The notes beneath the pieces are model-generated. The model searched no databases, was not told the DNA's origin, and was given only the letters and a program-made list of their open reading frames with translations. This document shows positions 46,391-60,829 of a stretch of 64,000 nt of DNA, piece after piece (within the stretch, counting starts at the first letter, position 1; every line of letters begins with the position of its first letter). Made by a program: the position numbers and the translations under genes. Origin of the DNA: Macrostomum lignano. Taxonomy: Eukaryota. The stretch is taken from the NCBI GenBank assembly GCA_002269645.1, contig NIVC01000572.1:391053-455052 (forward strand). The letters run 5' to 3'.

Positions 46391-49300
46391 TTACTGCGAT
46401 GCGGCGTAGCCCGAATCGGACGAGCTGATGGCCTGGCCGCAGATGGCGGCGGCAGTTTCGGCCTCGTGTAGTAGCAGGTTGGAGTCCAAGGACTCGCCGC
46501 TGCCGCTGCCACCGGAGATGGTGAACCGCACCAGCGGCGGCGACGGTGAGTCCTTGGCGGCCCTGGACGGCTGGTCGGCCGCCGCCGGGCGCTTCTGGGC
46601 AGCAGAGCGGCGCGGCAGCGACTCGTCGCGGCTGTCCGAGTCTGTCGGGCCGCCACCGAAGCCGCTGGAGCTGCTGGCACAGGAGGTGGCCGCATTGGCA
46701 CTGATGCTGGGATCCGCGATCCAGGGATGGCGCAGCATCTCCCGGAGGCTGGGCCGCTTGCTGGGCTCTGTCTGCAGGCAGGCCAGGATCAGCTGGCGGC
46801 ACTGCCGACTCAGACGGCGCTTGAACCGCGGCCCGCTGTGACAGATCTGGTCGTCGCGTTCGAACGGGATGTCGCCGCAGACCATGTCGAATAGCAGGAT
46901 GCCCAGCGCCCAGACCTCGGCCGGCTTGCCGTGGTAGCGTCGCCAACGGATCCACTCAGGCGGGCTGTACACGCGGGTGCCTGCGAGCAAAGTGAGGCGA
47001 GTGAGTTGCCAGTTAAAAGGCAGCAATGGAAGAGGCAAGCAGGAGGCGCATCATGTGGTTTATCTGTCAATTCACAACTAGAGTGCCACCCCCCCCCCCA
47101 AGGCACAGGGTGTGTACATGCTGACCTCCTTGACCCCAGCACCGGATCTCACAATCGTCCCAAGCGCCCAGCAGATGATAGGATTGTCCAGTTCAGGTCA
47201 TGACCCTAGTCTTCAGGAGAAAGCAGGGTAGGTGCGAAAGAACTGCCTGCCTGGCAGTCATGTGACCAAAATTTCGGATGGGCGGCCTCAGAGGCTTATT
47301 TCGCAATGCGGGTAGTTAGCTAAGAGAAAATTGGTCAATTTCTCGCACCTGATCATTTTATAAACCAATTGGCCAAATGAATCTGAATTAATTGGGCCCA
47401 TTACTGCCCCCTGCAACCCACCTGCAACTGCGCCCGCCCTCTCTGCGTTGTAAAATAACACACATAGATCACAGCTTATTTTGGGGGTTGAAAAAAAGGC
47501 TTCTTTTGTGCGAAAATCGTATAGCCTTATAAACCCATTACCCATTTCTTTCTTCTATCATCCATCATCTATTATCTATCATCTGTTATCTATTATCTAT
47601 CATCTGTTATCTATTATCTATCATCTGTTATCTATTATCTATCATCTGTTATCTATTATCTATCATCTGTTATCGATTATCTATCATCTGTTATCTATTA
47701 TCTATTATCTATCATCTGTTATCTATTATCTATCATCTGTTATCGATTATCTATCATCTGTTATCTATTATCTATCATCTGTTATCTATTATCTATCATC
47801 TGTTATCTATTATCTATCATCTGTTATCTATTATCTATCATCTGTTATCTATTATCTATCATCTGTTATCTATTATCTATCATCTGTTATCTATTATCTA
47901 TCATCTGCTATCTATTATCTATCATCTGTTATCTATCATCCATCATCTATTATCTATCATCTGTTATCTATTATCTATCATCTGTTATCTATTATCTATC
48001 ATCTGTTATCTATTATCTATCATCTGTTATCTATTATCTATCATCTGTTATCTATCATCCATCATCTGTTATCTATTATCTATCATCCATCATCTATTAT
48101 CTATCATCTGTTATCTATTATCTATCATCTGTTATCTATTATCTATCATCTGTTATCTATTATCAATCATCTGTTATCTATTATCTATCATCTGTTATCT
48201 ATTATCTATCATCTGTTATCTATTATCTATCATCTGTTATCTATCATCCATCATCTATTATCTATCATCTGTTATCTATTATCTATCATCTGTTATCTAT
48301 TATCTATCATCTGTTATCTATTATCTATCATCTGTTATCTATTATCTATCATCTGTTATCTATTATCTATCATCCATCATCTATTATCTATCATCTGTTA
48401 TCTATTATCTATCATCTGTTATCTATTATCTATCATCTGTTATCTATTATCTATCATCTGTTATCTATCATCCATCATCTATTATCTATCATCTGTTATC
48501 TATTATCTATCATCTGTTATCTATTATCTATCATCTGTTATCTATTATCTATCATCTGTTATCTATTATCTATCATCTGTTATCTATTATCTATCATCTG
48601 TTATCGATTATCTATCATCTGTTATCTATTATCTATTATCTATCATCTGTTATCTATTATCTATCATCTGTTATCGATTATCTATCATCTGTTATCTATT
48701 ATCTATCATCTGTTATCTATTATCTATCATCTGTTATCTATTATCTATCATCTGTTATCTATTATCTATCATCTGTTATCTATTATCTATCATCTGTTAT
48801 CTATTATCTATCATCTGTTATCTATTATCTATCATCTGCTATCTATTATCTATCATCTGTTATCTATCATCCATCATCTATTATCTATCATCTGTTATCT
48901 ATTATCTATCATCTGTTATCTATTATCTATCATCTGTTATCTATTATCTATCATCTGTTATCTATTATCTATCATCTGTTATCTATTATCTATCATCTGT
49001 TATCTATCATCCATCATCTATTATCTATCATCTGTTATCTATTATCTATCATCTGTTATCTATTATCTATCATCTGTTATCTATTATCTATCATCTGTTA
49101 TCTATTATCTATCATCTGTTATCTATTATCAACTAGTAAGACGATAAAAATCAATCATCAGCGCCAAAAAATTGTGAGCGAGGTGAAACCTGCCTCTCAC
49201 GAAAATTTTGCTTCAATTTCTCCAAGAAATGTATATAGTTTCCTGCCTTTCTATTTGAGTAGCCCTTGATCACAATATAAATGATGATAATTTGATAAAC

Positions 49301-49990
49301 AAATTGCGCAGCGAGCCTCACCATCAAAATCGGTGTACTGCTCCTCCTTCAGAATGGCGCCGGAGCCGAAGTCGATGAGCTGCAGCCTGTTGTCAGCGAG
49401 GTCAACCAGCAGGTTCTCGTCCTTGATGTCCCTGTGCAGGACGCCGGCCTCGTGACAGGCGAGCAGAGTTTCAATGAGTTGCTTAATGAAATTCCTGGCC
49501 TCGAATTCCGGCAGAAATCGCCTGCGCGAGATGAAGTCAAACAGGTCCATGCCTTTTTCGATTTTAGGCATCACGATGGCCCATTCGGTAGGGCCCTCGT
49601 GGAAACTGATGGGTCTGACTATGCCGCTGATGTGCCGGCACTTGTGCAGCAGCAGAAACTCCAACGGAATTCTGTGACCGTTCGGCTAAGATTTGGAAGG
49701 AAAAGAAAAAGGCATTAAATATAACCAAAACGATGTATTAAATATTGAAAATCAAATCAATCAAGTTGAAAACAAACAGAAGAGACTCACCAGTTCATAC
49801 CACGAGTGCACAGACATCTTCGCTTTGAGAATAAACTTGATGGCCACCCGAGTGCCGTCCGACCGCCTGATCGCCAGGAAGACACGGCCGAAGCCGCCGC
49901 TGCCCAGTTGCCGATCAATCTGGTATTCACGGTGCAGGGCGTCCAGCGGCTCGATTGGGACATCCTTGCTGCCCAGCGGGAAGTTATCAC
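46391..49990 (-). CDS. PIM: PIM-family Ser/Thr kinase, copy 2 (closer to canonical PIM; long Ser-rich C-terminal tail)
   Basis: Exons 49990-49791, 49685-49322 ([14 protein letters not shown]) and 46980-46391 ([22 protein letters not shown]). All junctions are GT-AG and in phase. Tentative first exon 50174/50168-50090 (donor C|GTATGT). Confidence 0.95.
47555..49135. repeat. 21-bp AT-rich minisatellite in a PIM intron, ~75 copies
   Basis: Unit TATCTATTATCTATCATCTGT. Confidence 0.97.
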
Positions 49991-52074
49991 CTGGAATAGA
50001 TTATGCAAGCTATTGGTTGTATAAAAATTTCACATTTAGAATTTCACGGGCGGGTCCATGCCAGCAAGACTTACTGCTCTTGAACATACGATTAGTAGAA
50101 GCAGTCTGCAAAAAATTCCTGTTGTCCGTGAAAATCTGCAGCGTATCGAATGTTGCAAAACGGCGCATTGTCATAGTCAAAGTCAGCTTTACGGAATAAG
50201 ACAAACTGTATTATTAGAAAGCTGGCCACGTGTCAAACAGGTTTATCTTCTTTCCAGTTTTGCAGTCAAGGAGTGCAGTTTGTGAACATTGTATATATAG
50301 TCCGTATAGTCTGATTTTAGTTTCCGATATTCTTGCACGAAAATCTGTATGAGAATTATTTTCTTTATTTCCAGTTCAAAAAGCTGTTTGATATGAATTT
50401 TTAATTTAAACTGATTCTGGCTTCTGTTTTTTATAAGATCGCCTGTCTTCTTCAGCTATCGATTAATTGCTTGATTGATAGATCTACTTTGCTATATACT
50501 TCACTGAACATTGCTTTATAAACTGGAAATCCCCGTGACCAAATAATGCTATTTTTAGAACTAAGAGCAGAAAAACAAGGCAGAGAAGGGTAAGGCAGTA
50601 CAGTGAAACTGGATGTCAGGAAAAGGTTAGTCCAGAAAGTTCCCCAATGACCAAAGTTTATTAATACCCCAAGCTTTTCATGTCCTTCTTTGAAAAGCGG
50701 TACTTTTTCAGCTCCATGTCGGGCGTCTTATGTGGCACAACTTTCGTCACAGGGAACTGGCCTTGATGCAGTAGTAGAAAGTATATGAGATTCAGCTTTT
50801 TCATTACAGCATTGACGTTATTCAGTTACAGAAGTGCACGTGCCCTTTTGACTTTCTAGATGCACAATAGTGCAGTTACAGTAGAATAGAAGCTGTACGT
50901 TGCAACACAGATGGAGCTGGGCTTAAAAGGTTGAAGCCAATCGTGACGTCAAACTCGTGTTGCCCAGTTGCTTTACAAGCACCTCATTAGGCATTTTGCG
51001 ACTGAGAGGTCTGGCGAGTGCAATTGTCCGGACTTCAAGTTGTGCATGGCGTATTCTGCCTGGCGCTTGTCCTTTCCTCTTTGCGACTGGCAAAGGGGGA
51101 CACTCAGACAGGATTCAGACAGAACATGAGACAGGTGATTCTCAAAAAGCGATTGAGAGGTTTCGTTTCGCAGATTTCTTAGTTGCTGTTTCATTACAAT
51201 TGCCTTTGTGCTAACCGGGTTTCATTGTCCTTTATAACAAAAACAAAAAGCACAATCTAGCATTGAATTTTTTTTCGTTTAAGATTGAAAACAAATCAAT
51301 GTTTATCAAGCAAGACAACATTATCTGCTTTATATGTTTTTTGTTACAGCAGAGCCAGTATAAGCATCTGAGAGATTTGCAAAACTATTGAAATATTAAT
51401 GCTGTACGGGCACCTCTGTCACGCCTGTCAGAAGTGATCGAGTTTATTTAAGGTGTTTCCTGCGCTCTGATTACAGCCTGTTGTTATTGCTGCACACTGT
51501 AAATAATTAGACAGTCACGCAGTCTGACTGACGGAAATAACCAAGTTAATTATTATCACTCTCTGTAAATAAACATAATGCACTCGTTAGCACTGAAAAC
51601 CGTATGAATGCAGTGCAATATGCATTGCAGCTTGCAGGATCATATGCAAATAAGGTAAACGATTATGAAAATTGCATACATTGTGCTCAAGGGTTAATCC
51701 AAGACTCTTAATAAAAGACCGACAAGTAAATTATAATGCCATATCATATTTACGTATATCCCCTAAAATGGTCATTAAGGCTATGACGCATGTCATCCAC
51801 CCCATGTAAAATTCCATCAATATTTACGCTGCCACAACGCCCACGTAGACAGTGTACTGACAGCAAGAGCCGAGGCGGAGTTGATCGTAAACAACTCGTC
51901 TGATGATGCACGATCGAGTAAGAATGAAGTGCTTTATATAAAAATAACTGCGTTGTTCCAGCTACTCTACTTAAATAAACTGTTCAGTAGTGCCAAAGAA
52001 ATTCTATAATACAATTTATCATCAAAAGCACTACATTAAGATTTGCGACGTTCCAAGGAATTGTAGGGCGACTA

Positions 52075-52430
52075 TCCAGTGATTTGGAGGGCGATTGTCC
52101 AGTGATTTGGACGACGATTCTTCAAGGATTTGACACTAAATGGCGATTCTCCAAGGATTTGACACTAAATGGCGATTCTTCAAGGATTTGACACTAAATG
52201 GCAATTCTTCAAGGATTTGACACTAAATGGCGATTCTTCAAGGATTTGACACTAAATGGCGATTCTCCAAGGATTTGATCCTAAATGGCAATTCTCCAAG
52301 GATTTGACACTAAATGGCAATTCTCCAAGGATTTGACACTAAATGGCAATTCTCCAAGGATTTGACACTAAATGTCGATTCTTCAAGGATTTGGAGGGCG
52401 ATTTTTAAATCATTTGGAGAGCGATTCTCA
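52075..52430. repeat. 29-bp minisatellite, ~9 copies plus degenerate ends
   Basis: Unit GGCGATTCTCCAAGGATTTGACACTAAAT. Confidence 0.93.
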
Positions 52431-53764
52431 GAGATTCTAAATGTTTGGAAGAGCGGGTCAGGAAGTGCCTATAGAGTGATTTCTGACGGGTTTAAGGAAA
52501 AGCAGTGCTGATAAAAATGAGCAAAACCGTGTGACAATGATTTCGCAAGCGACACAATTTCTATAAAAAAGCGGCTTGATTGATGTTGGTGAACCTGTTT
52601 ATTGCTACCAGAGTAGAAACTATTTTAACTGGAGCACTTTCATAACTAATATATTTAGCAATAACAGTAGTGTGCATAGCATACTCATCAGTTTCAGACG
52701 GATTACTGGAAACATACAAGCATGGGTCGGATAGCTGGAACAAAAAGCCAATTATTAGCTAAAATAAAATTTCATATTGGAAACTTGTCACATGATGATT
52801 ATATTGTAGAGAATAACCGATAATGATTTTGGAAAGAATTTGGAAACAGAAAATTCCACACGCATCAGCACTAATCGCTGCAGGCATTACCAGAAATATT
52901 TCTGCACAAACTGTACCACGGTTGAGCCATCGCAACCAGAAATAACAGCAAAACAATAAATAAAACCAATAACTAATAACAATGGTGGCATACTAAACAG
53001 TAGTATTGAAAGCATATGAAAATATTTATTTTTTATAAGCCGTTTGCAGGCAATTAAAAACGTGGATAAAAACGAAGTAGATTAAAAATTCACAATCGAG
53101 TTTGTTGTCATAATGAGCGGCTATTTGAAAAAAATAACTAACTGGAACATTTTCGCGAACCTATTGCTTGGTAGCGGGATAATTGAATTTTAATACAACT
53201 ATTTTGTACTTAAAAGTTCATTTTTAGCAGCAATGAGCAGCTATGCTACTAACGTTAGTAAGTCGGAGGACAGAACTGAATGAAGTTATTCAGGCACCGG
53301 TTCTGGGCACCGCTTATTATCGCTATCTCATGCAGTTAATCATTATGTTCTAATAAAACAGACACAGTTAGTTCCTGGCATGTTTGGTCAGTTTGCTTAC
53401 AATTATTGTATATTGATCACTGATTAGAATTCAAAGTTCAGCGCTAGGGAAAAGGCATGCAGATAGGAGGGGGGACACATAAATAATAGCAATATTATTA
53501 GATTGGTTGATGAATAAAAAAGCAGGCAACAGGCAACTCCCAGTTGGTTTGCTGTTTAGTTTCTGGCTTAACCGAAGAACAATAAAAACAATAAAAATAA
53601 ATAGATGTAAAGATATTTATATATAGAAATATATATAGTTTGTATGTAAGCGACAGAGTTCCAATTTCAAACCTAAAAATTCAATAAAACACTCGATATG
53701 ATGGTAAGAACTTGTCAATCATGGCGTTCAAATTAGATTAAAATATATTAAAAAACTGAATTCA

Positions 53765-54166
53765 TCAATAGCCGGCATTGGCCAGCGCCTCCTTGACTTT
53801 GGCCACGGCGAAGTTGACCTTCTGGCTACCGGCGGTCTCCGGGGCGGAGCCGTCCGCCGGGTCGATGTAGCCGCCAATCACCACGCACTGGCTGGACTTC
53901 ATGGCGCTCAGGCTGCTCTGCCCGCTGCGCCCGTCGATCTCGCCGTCAATCAGCCGGATGGTCATGAAGCGGAGGCCCTGAAAGTTGAAGCCGGTGAATT
54001 CGCCAGCGCTGCTCTTGCCGAGGCCGGCGATCAGCGCGGTGACCTCCGCCGGGTTGGGATTGCAGGAGGGCGACTTGGCCCACACGCTGCCGTCCACGCC
54101 GTAGATGGCGGCAATGTTGACGCCGGGATAGGCCAACATGTTATCAACCCAGGACTGCCAGGACAT
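53765..54166 (-). CDS. PFN: Profilin A (133 aa, no intron in the CDS)
   Basis: MSWQSWVDNML...AAIYGVDGSVWAKS...GFNFQGLRFMTIR...VVIGGY...LANAGY* matches the profilin N-terminal W..W/Y, AAI.G.DG..WA and C-terminal GY patterns. Confidence 0.95.
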   Translation of the reverse strand: MSWQSWVDNMLAYPGVNIAAIYGVDGSVWAKSPSCNPNPAEVTALIAGLGKSSAGEFTGFNFQGLRFMTIRLIDGEIDGRSGQSSLSAMKSSQCVVIGGYIDPADGSAPETAGSQKVNFAVAKVKEALANAGY

Positions 54167-55229
54167 GCTTGCGTGTGTATTCGGGTGTGAGTTGCTAAAC
54201 GAGTAACTGAGCTCAACGGCTGCCGGAATCCGGTGAAATTGGCTGTAAAAATACAAGCAAAAAGCTGAGTGCTATTAGATATATGTGTAATATAAAATAA
54301 TAAAAGGAGCTCTGCTACACATAAAAAGGCAGCATAAGAGAGAGATAAGCCCCCGTGGGCTTCAGGAGGGAGGGAGGGGTGAGGGTTCCTAGGGCACTGC
54401 ACTGTGCGCACACCTGGAGAGACATTTACCGCGCCGGCGGTGACTATAAGAGCAGCATGCAGATGACATAAACTCTTAACAGTCACACAGGGCGGTGGGC
54501 TGGGGAGGTTAGAGACAGGTGAGACAGAGACCTAGTCACGGTGCGCTGGACCGCACGGCTCTCTATACTGCAGCTTCGCAGATTCTAAAAATGAGTGACC
54601 GACTGACTGAGCCCGAACAAATGCTCAAACGGGCTGGCCCAAATGCAAGACAAGGAGACGTCAGTCGGTATATCGGATAGCCATTAGCCAAATAGATCAA
54701 GACTACTAGCTTAGAGCTGCACCAATGAGGGAGCGAGTGCAAGTGCAAGGTGAAACTTAACCAGCGCAGGTTGGGGGGGGGGAGCCAGCCAGAGACAGGC
54801 CTAAATGCCTAATTACTAGTTAGAAAGTAAGATTTTATACAGGCACAGGTGTGTAATTAGCATATATTGAAAAGCGGTATGCATTGCACCAGTTTGTATA
54901 TTTTCATTTGACTAAAACAGACAGTTAAATACTTTCTGCTCGCAATAAGCAGTGTTATTATGCAGTTAGAACAGCAGCTGTATACACTACATACAGTACA
55001 TAGCTAGCCTGTGTACAGCAGATACAGTGGGACAACTTTTGCTTCAAAAATCATGCAGCCAGCAATAGAATTAATCACTGGGACAACAAAGCACTAGTAT
55101 TGAAACATTGAGATTCCAATATGATTTTCAGTTTTAAATAAACTGGTAAACAGCTGCACTCGCAGCACGCAAAATGCGCGCCAGAAAGGAGAAAATTACA
55201 TGTGACACCTTGTGCAAAGCTGATCACAC

Positions 55230-56210
55230 AGCCTCTGATCTTACTCACACAGCATTCACTTAGCCCCCTGATTTTAAATACACAGCATTCACACAGCCCC
55301 CGATTACTGAGACAGCATTCATACAGCCCCTGGTTTTAATAACACAGTCCTGATTTTATATATACAGCATTCACACAGCCCCCTGATTGCTAAGACAGCA
55401 TTCACACAGCCCCCGATTGCTAAGACAGCATTCACACAGCCCCCAATTGCTAAGACAGCATTCACACATCCCTTGATCTTACTCACACAGCATTCACTTA
55501 GCCCCCTGATTTTAAATACACAGCATTCACACAGCCCCCAATTGCTAAGACAGCATTCACACAGCCCCCAATTGCTAAGACAGCATTCACACAGCCCCCA
55601 ATTGCTAAGACAGCATTCACACAGCCCCCAATTGCTAAGACAGCATTCACACAGCCCCTAGTTTTAATAACAGCATTCACAAAGTCCCTGATTTTACTTA
55701 CACAACATTCACAGCCTCTAATCTTACTCACACAGCATTCACTTAGCCCCCTGATTTTAAATACACAGCATTCACACAGCCCATAATTGCTAAGACAGCA
55801 TTCACACAGCCCCCAATTGCTAAGACAGCATTCACACAGCCCCCAATTGCTAAGACAGCATTCACACAGCCCCCAATTGCTAAGACAGCATTCACACAGC
55901 CCCCAATTGCTAAGACAGCATTCACACAGCCCCCAATTGCTAAGACAGCATTCACACAGCCCCCAATTGCTAAGACAGCATTCACACAGCCCCCAATTGC
56001 TAAGACAGCATTCACACAGCCCCCAATTGCTAAGACAGCATTCACACAGCCCCCAATTGCTAAGACAGCATTCACACAGCCCCTAGTTTTAATAACAGCA
56101 TTCACATAGCCCCTGATTTTAAATACACAGCATTCACACAGCCCCTGATTTTACTAACACAGCCCCCGATTGCTAAGACAAAGACAGCATTCACACAGCC
56201 CTAATTATGC
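55230..56210. repeat. 30-bp minisatellite with interspersed longer variants
   Basis: Unit CACAGCCCCCAATTGCTAAGACAGCATTCA. Confidence 0.95.
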
Positions 56211-56274
56211 TTTCACTAGGCTCCGAATTGCCGATTCTGCTGTATTCAAAGTGCACGACAAGCCAACTAATAAA

Positions 56275-56626
56275 CCTGGTCAGACCAATCCTGGTCAGAC
56301 CAATCCTGGTCAGACCAATCCTGGTCAGACCAATCCTGGTCAGACCAATCCTGGTCAGACCAATCCTGGTCAGACCAATCCTGGTCAGACCAATCCTGGT
56401 CAGACCAATCCTGGTCAGACCAATCCTGGTCAGACCAATCCTGGTCAGACCAATCCTGGTCAGACCAATCCTGGTCAGACCAATCCTGGTCAGACCAATC
56501 CTGGTCAGACCAATCCTGGTCAGACCAATCCTGGTCAGACCAATCCTGGTCAGACCAATCCTGGTCAGACCAATCCTGGTCAGACCAATCCTGGTCAGAC
56601 CAATCCTGGTCAGACCAATCCTGGTC
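56275..56626. repeat. Perfect 15-bp tandem repeat, 23 copies
   Basis: Unit CCTGGTCAGACCAAT. Confidence 0.98.
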
Positions 56627-56969
56627 CTTGTAACTTTGGAACACAAACCGCAAGCAAAAAGCGCTATATAGTAATGTTGCAAGTTTGTGTAAAATTGATT
56701 ACTGATTGTGTAGAGCAAATATTTCGATATTACAACAGCAAAGCGAAATAACAAATACAATTAAAAAATCAGCACAAAAATACTGAACAACGAATGCCAT
56801 TGACGGAACCAGGTGCGAAATACTTTGCGACACGCCAAATGACGCAATTAGCAGCAATAAAAGTGGTAGATTGCACTGACAACAGCCGAAATCAGGTAAG
56901 TAGATTAGGAGAATTCTCTTCTCAGCTCTTATCTCTTGTTTTATCCTCTCTCGCCTCCGCAATTCTCTT

Positions 56970-58288
56970 TCAGAAGCCATTCTCTCGCAGGTAGAGCCTG
57001 ACATTCATAACAGTCTGGTGCACTTTTTCACTCCGATTGGGCTGCTGTTGGCATTGCTGAAGACTGTTCGACTGCTTGTGCTGGGCCGGCGGCGCAGTCA
57101 GGGGAGTTTCAGCTGGGGCAACATAAGCTCCCACAACAACACAGTTGAGCGTCAGGGCAACTGAGGCCACGTCCTGGCTAAACTTGTCTGGGTATGCGCA
57201 GTTGGAATTTGACAAGGAATCTGTTGACTGCCGATATGTATAGATATTAGAATTGCTTGATACTGAAGTGATCTTAATTTAAGCAAGTTATGCCCAATGT
57301 TATTTTTTAGTCTAACGCGAACTTCAGAAGGTTTTTCTATCAGGAGAGTACAGCACATGCTTGTTCGGCAGTAAAGATCCCATTGTGTGAAGGCGAAGCG
57401 AACACCAGTGAAATGCGTTATAGAAATCATATATACACTAGCGTTCGGTGAGAATGAAGCCGCTCGGCTCTCCGCCTCCTTAACTGCTCCAATAGCTGAC
57501 TCTAATAACCCGATCTAACAGAGAGATGAATCTGGACACACGTAAACTCTGCAACAGTATCGATAAGTAGCATGTGGCTCTCATTTCCACTGAATTGTTT
57601 AATAAATTTGCGTGATCAATATCCTATCAGAAATTGCAACAATCACGAACTACGCTCGTAGAAAAAAATAAACATCTCTGTTAAGGTTAGAGATCAAGAG
57701 ACACCTACCGAACCTTCGACTTATTTAATTAAGAAGCATCTATAGGCGATTGGTACCATCGTCAAAGAGAGAGGAGGGAAACTCAAAAAACATTTGAATA
57801 CTTGACTACTCTTAACCCATTGCGAATTGCACTTTTAATCTTATAGTTGACTTTGCAGGGCCTCGGGTGCTGGAGACAGCAACGTCAGGGAATCGAACCC
57901 AGGCGCTAAATAGCGTAAATCAGCCGCCCTAACCAATAAGCTACTCTGTCCTCTGTCTCTGTTGCACTTCTCAAGAAGCTGGAATTCATAAATCATGATC
58001 AGTTCCAATTCTGCAAGTTGCATTTGTGCTTTTCCACACCCGGCTCACTCACTCACCATCAATGCAGCCTTCCAGACGGCGCAGCGTCAGGTACCGCCTG
58101 CCAGCCAGAGTGAAGGAGGCCGGCGAGGCCGATTCGCCTTCGCAGTAATTCACTAAATTGAGAATCTCCTGCTGCGTCGGCTGAAAGTCGGGCGTCGCCG
58201 ACCAGATTAGGCCGTCGCGGCCAGCCAGAGCCGCCCGATTGATGCAGTCGGACTGCAACATACTGTGCAGGATGCTGTCCCAGGACAT
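56970..58288 (-). CDS. PFN: Profilin B (divergent, two exons)
   Basis: Exon 58288-58057 (MSWDSILHSML...AALAGRDGLIWSAT...FTLAGRRYLTLR, donor G|GTGAGT) joins exon ~57187-56970 (KFSQD...CVVVGAY...YLRENGF*). The acceptor choice (57187 vs 57177) is uncertain. Confidence 0.85.
57842..57950 (-). mobile_element. tRNA-like SINE head in the profilin B intron
   Basis: Minus strand GTAGCTTATTGGTTAGGGCG...CCTGGGTTCGATTCCC has box A and box B; the stems do not form a canonical tRNA. Confidence 0.55.
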
Positions 58289-60829
58289 GCTGACTGTATT
58301 TCTAGCCTAGGAGCACCAGCAAGCAAGTTAGTGAGTGGCGCACATAAAATAAACAAATAGTTGACAATAAGCACCTGAGTTATCTTTGTTAGCATTAGCA
58401 ACAGCAATTGAAGTTCTTAGCCTATCGCAGCCAAAGGGTCTTTTTTGCATATGACAGCCTCTTCTTATAGTCCAGATCATACTACTCATGCAAAATATTT
58501 TAGCACAGATTCAAACTTCCAACATTCAGTTTAGAAATGCCAATGTAAATTCTCAGATAGGGTTGGCTGGTATTGGCATAACTATAAATCCACATTATAT
58601 ATTTTGTAAAGGAATATTTATGAGTACTGTAGTACATATAACAATTATGTTGCAGCTGTTACACATTTTAAATTTATTAAACCAAATGTTATAATAAAAG
58701 TACAAAATTTTTGTTAGTATCTTTCAGATTCTTTCATTTGTTTAAAAACATAAATGGAATATGCCATTCCATTGGCATAACTCTAGGAAAGGTTAAAGGG
58801 AAAAGGCAATAAGGCTAAAGAGGAACAACTTTGCTTAGCACTCTAACTCTAAACAAACAATCTTGCACACTCTGAAGTAAGTATAAATTCTAGTAAACAT
58901 TTGTTAATTATTTTAATATCTATTATTATTTTACATTTTTTATGACACATTGCATTAACAAATTAAGGTTATTTTGTCACGCTTTTAACTTTGGCACTTT
59001 ATTTTTATTAAATATAATTTATAAAACCACTCTATTAGTTTCTAGTATAATGTAAAAAATCAATTTATTTGAAATTATCTATTTTTTGGTATTACCCAAA
59101 TATAAACTAGGGACAAAAACTTTATTGTTTTGTCACTAGATAATAATAAAAACTATGCTAATTAAAGTTAAAAAAGGTTATCTGAATTTATAATACTTAC
59201 CACAAAAAGCTTACTTATTTTTTGCATTAATTTTTAATTGCCAATATAGGGTTGCATAGCATTTTTCTTTAAATTAGCTAAAATTAGCTTAAAATTTATA
59301 CAAAATACTTAAAAACTTTGACTAACTTATAGTTACTACTCAATCCTTCTAGCCTTCACTTTTAAACTTAAATAAAAAGCAATAAAGATCTTGTCTAAAA
59401 AATACATTAAAGAAAACCACTGCTCATTTGTGTTCAAAAATGGCATGTTTGAAACTGAATAACAAAAAATATGCAAAATTGAAAGCCCACAAAGCAATTT
59501 ATTGGACAATGCTTATATATCAACTTTGGTTTACAATCATTTGAATGTGTAATGCACATAAAAATAATCATGAACTGAAGCTCTAGGTAAAAGATAATAA
59601 TGTAAAAGTAATGCATATGTACTTTGTGTAAAGATAAATGTATTGCTAGCCAGCTTTGGTTTGCAATCATTTCAATGAAGTGCATGTGTGGAAATGTTTG
59701 TAAACCAAAGGTAAAGGGGCATGTGGCACTTAAGATTAATTTTAATAAGGCTAAGAGCTTTTATTTCCTTTATGCTTCCATTTAGGAGTTTACAGACATG
59801 GTATGGCATTGAATTAGAAGCCATAATACAGTCGTTTCAATATTTAATCTTAAAATATTTTGGCACAATCTTGTAAAATTTTGAGTTTCAAAGTTAATCC
59901 TGAGCGGCGCTGTGCACTTTTAAAGTTAATTGTTTTTTTAAGCGTAGCAACCACCCCAACCTCTGCCCGCCTGCCTCTCTTACCCAATCTGGGCCCAGAT
60001 GTGTAAAAGGGTTTCAAAATTGACTAACTTTCAGCTGCCATAAGTTTGCTCCACGTAAAGCGATTGATTTCAAACCTGACACAATTCTTCATTGACCCAT
60101 TCTCTATCTAAATGTAAAGTTTCAACTCTGTAACTCAATCAAAAAAGAAACTGTAAGCATGTGAAGTTTGTCTGCTTTTTCTGTTGTTTGTGCCACTCAC
60201 TCACTCATTCCCCCAGAGCCAGATGAAGGGTCAGGCGATAGGACTGAATGTACATAGAAAATGTACAGTGTTTTGGAATAACTTTATTTATAGCCTTCTC
60301 TGCACCCTGAGAGTGGAAAGGCTATGTTTAGCTATAACAGTTCAGTGAGAAATTCTAACCACTGCCCACCCTCCCTTCTGTATTGGCAAACTCTGCAGCA
60401 GTTTAACAGTGGATGGCAATTGGCAAATCAAGGGAATGCACTATCCAGCATGGTTTGTAAAAGCGAAAGATTTATGAAAAGGCAATGCGATGCAATGCAA
60501 TACAACCCTACTAAATTAGGCACACCATGGAAATTTTAGGTTTCTTTTAAAGGTACTGTGTAAATTTTAAATGGCCTCCTAAGAAATGCATATTTCCTTG
60601 GTTGTTAGACTGATGCAGACTGCAGTGGAGCTAAAGATACACAAATTCCTTTCAGGGCTGCAAATTGGCAAGAAAGATGACATGATCAAAGCATGAGAAC
60701 AACCATGAGAGTACTACGTCTTACAAACTGGCTTTCCAAGGATGGGCAGACTTTTACCTCAAAGGCCAGATAAAGAATCCAGCTCATAGCTGAGGGGCAG
60801 ATGAAAGTGGAAAGAAGAAGGAAAAAATG

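Noticed and set aside
50936-50951. CCAAT + CRE (TGACGTCA) upstream of PIM copy 2
   Set aside because: The same 8-mer occurs at ~3391 and inside the putative exon at ~16742; without TSS data it cannot be told from chance.
57880-57950. Functional tRNA genes here, at 15365-15420 and at 31120-31172
   Set aside because: Boxes A and B are present, but acceptor and anticodon stems do not pair; these are better explained as SINE heads.
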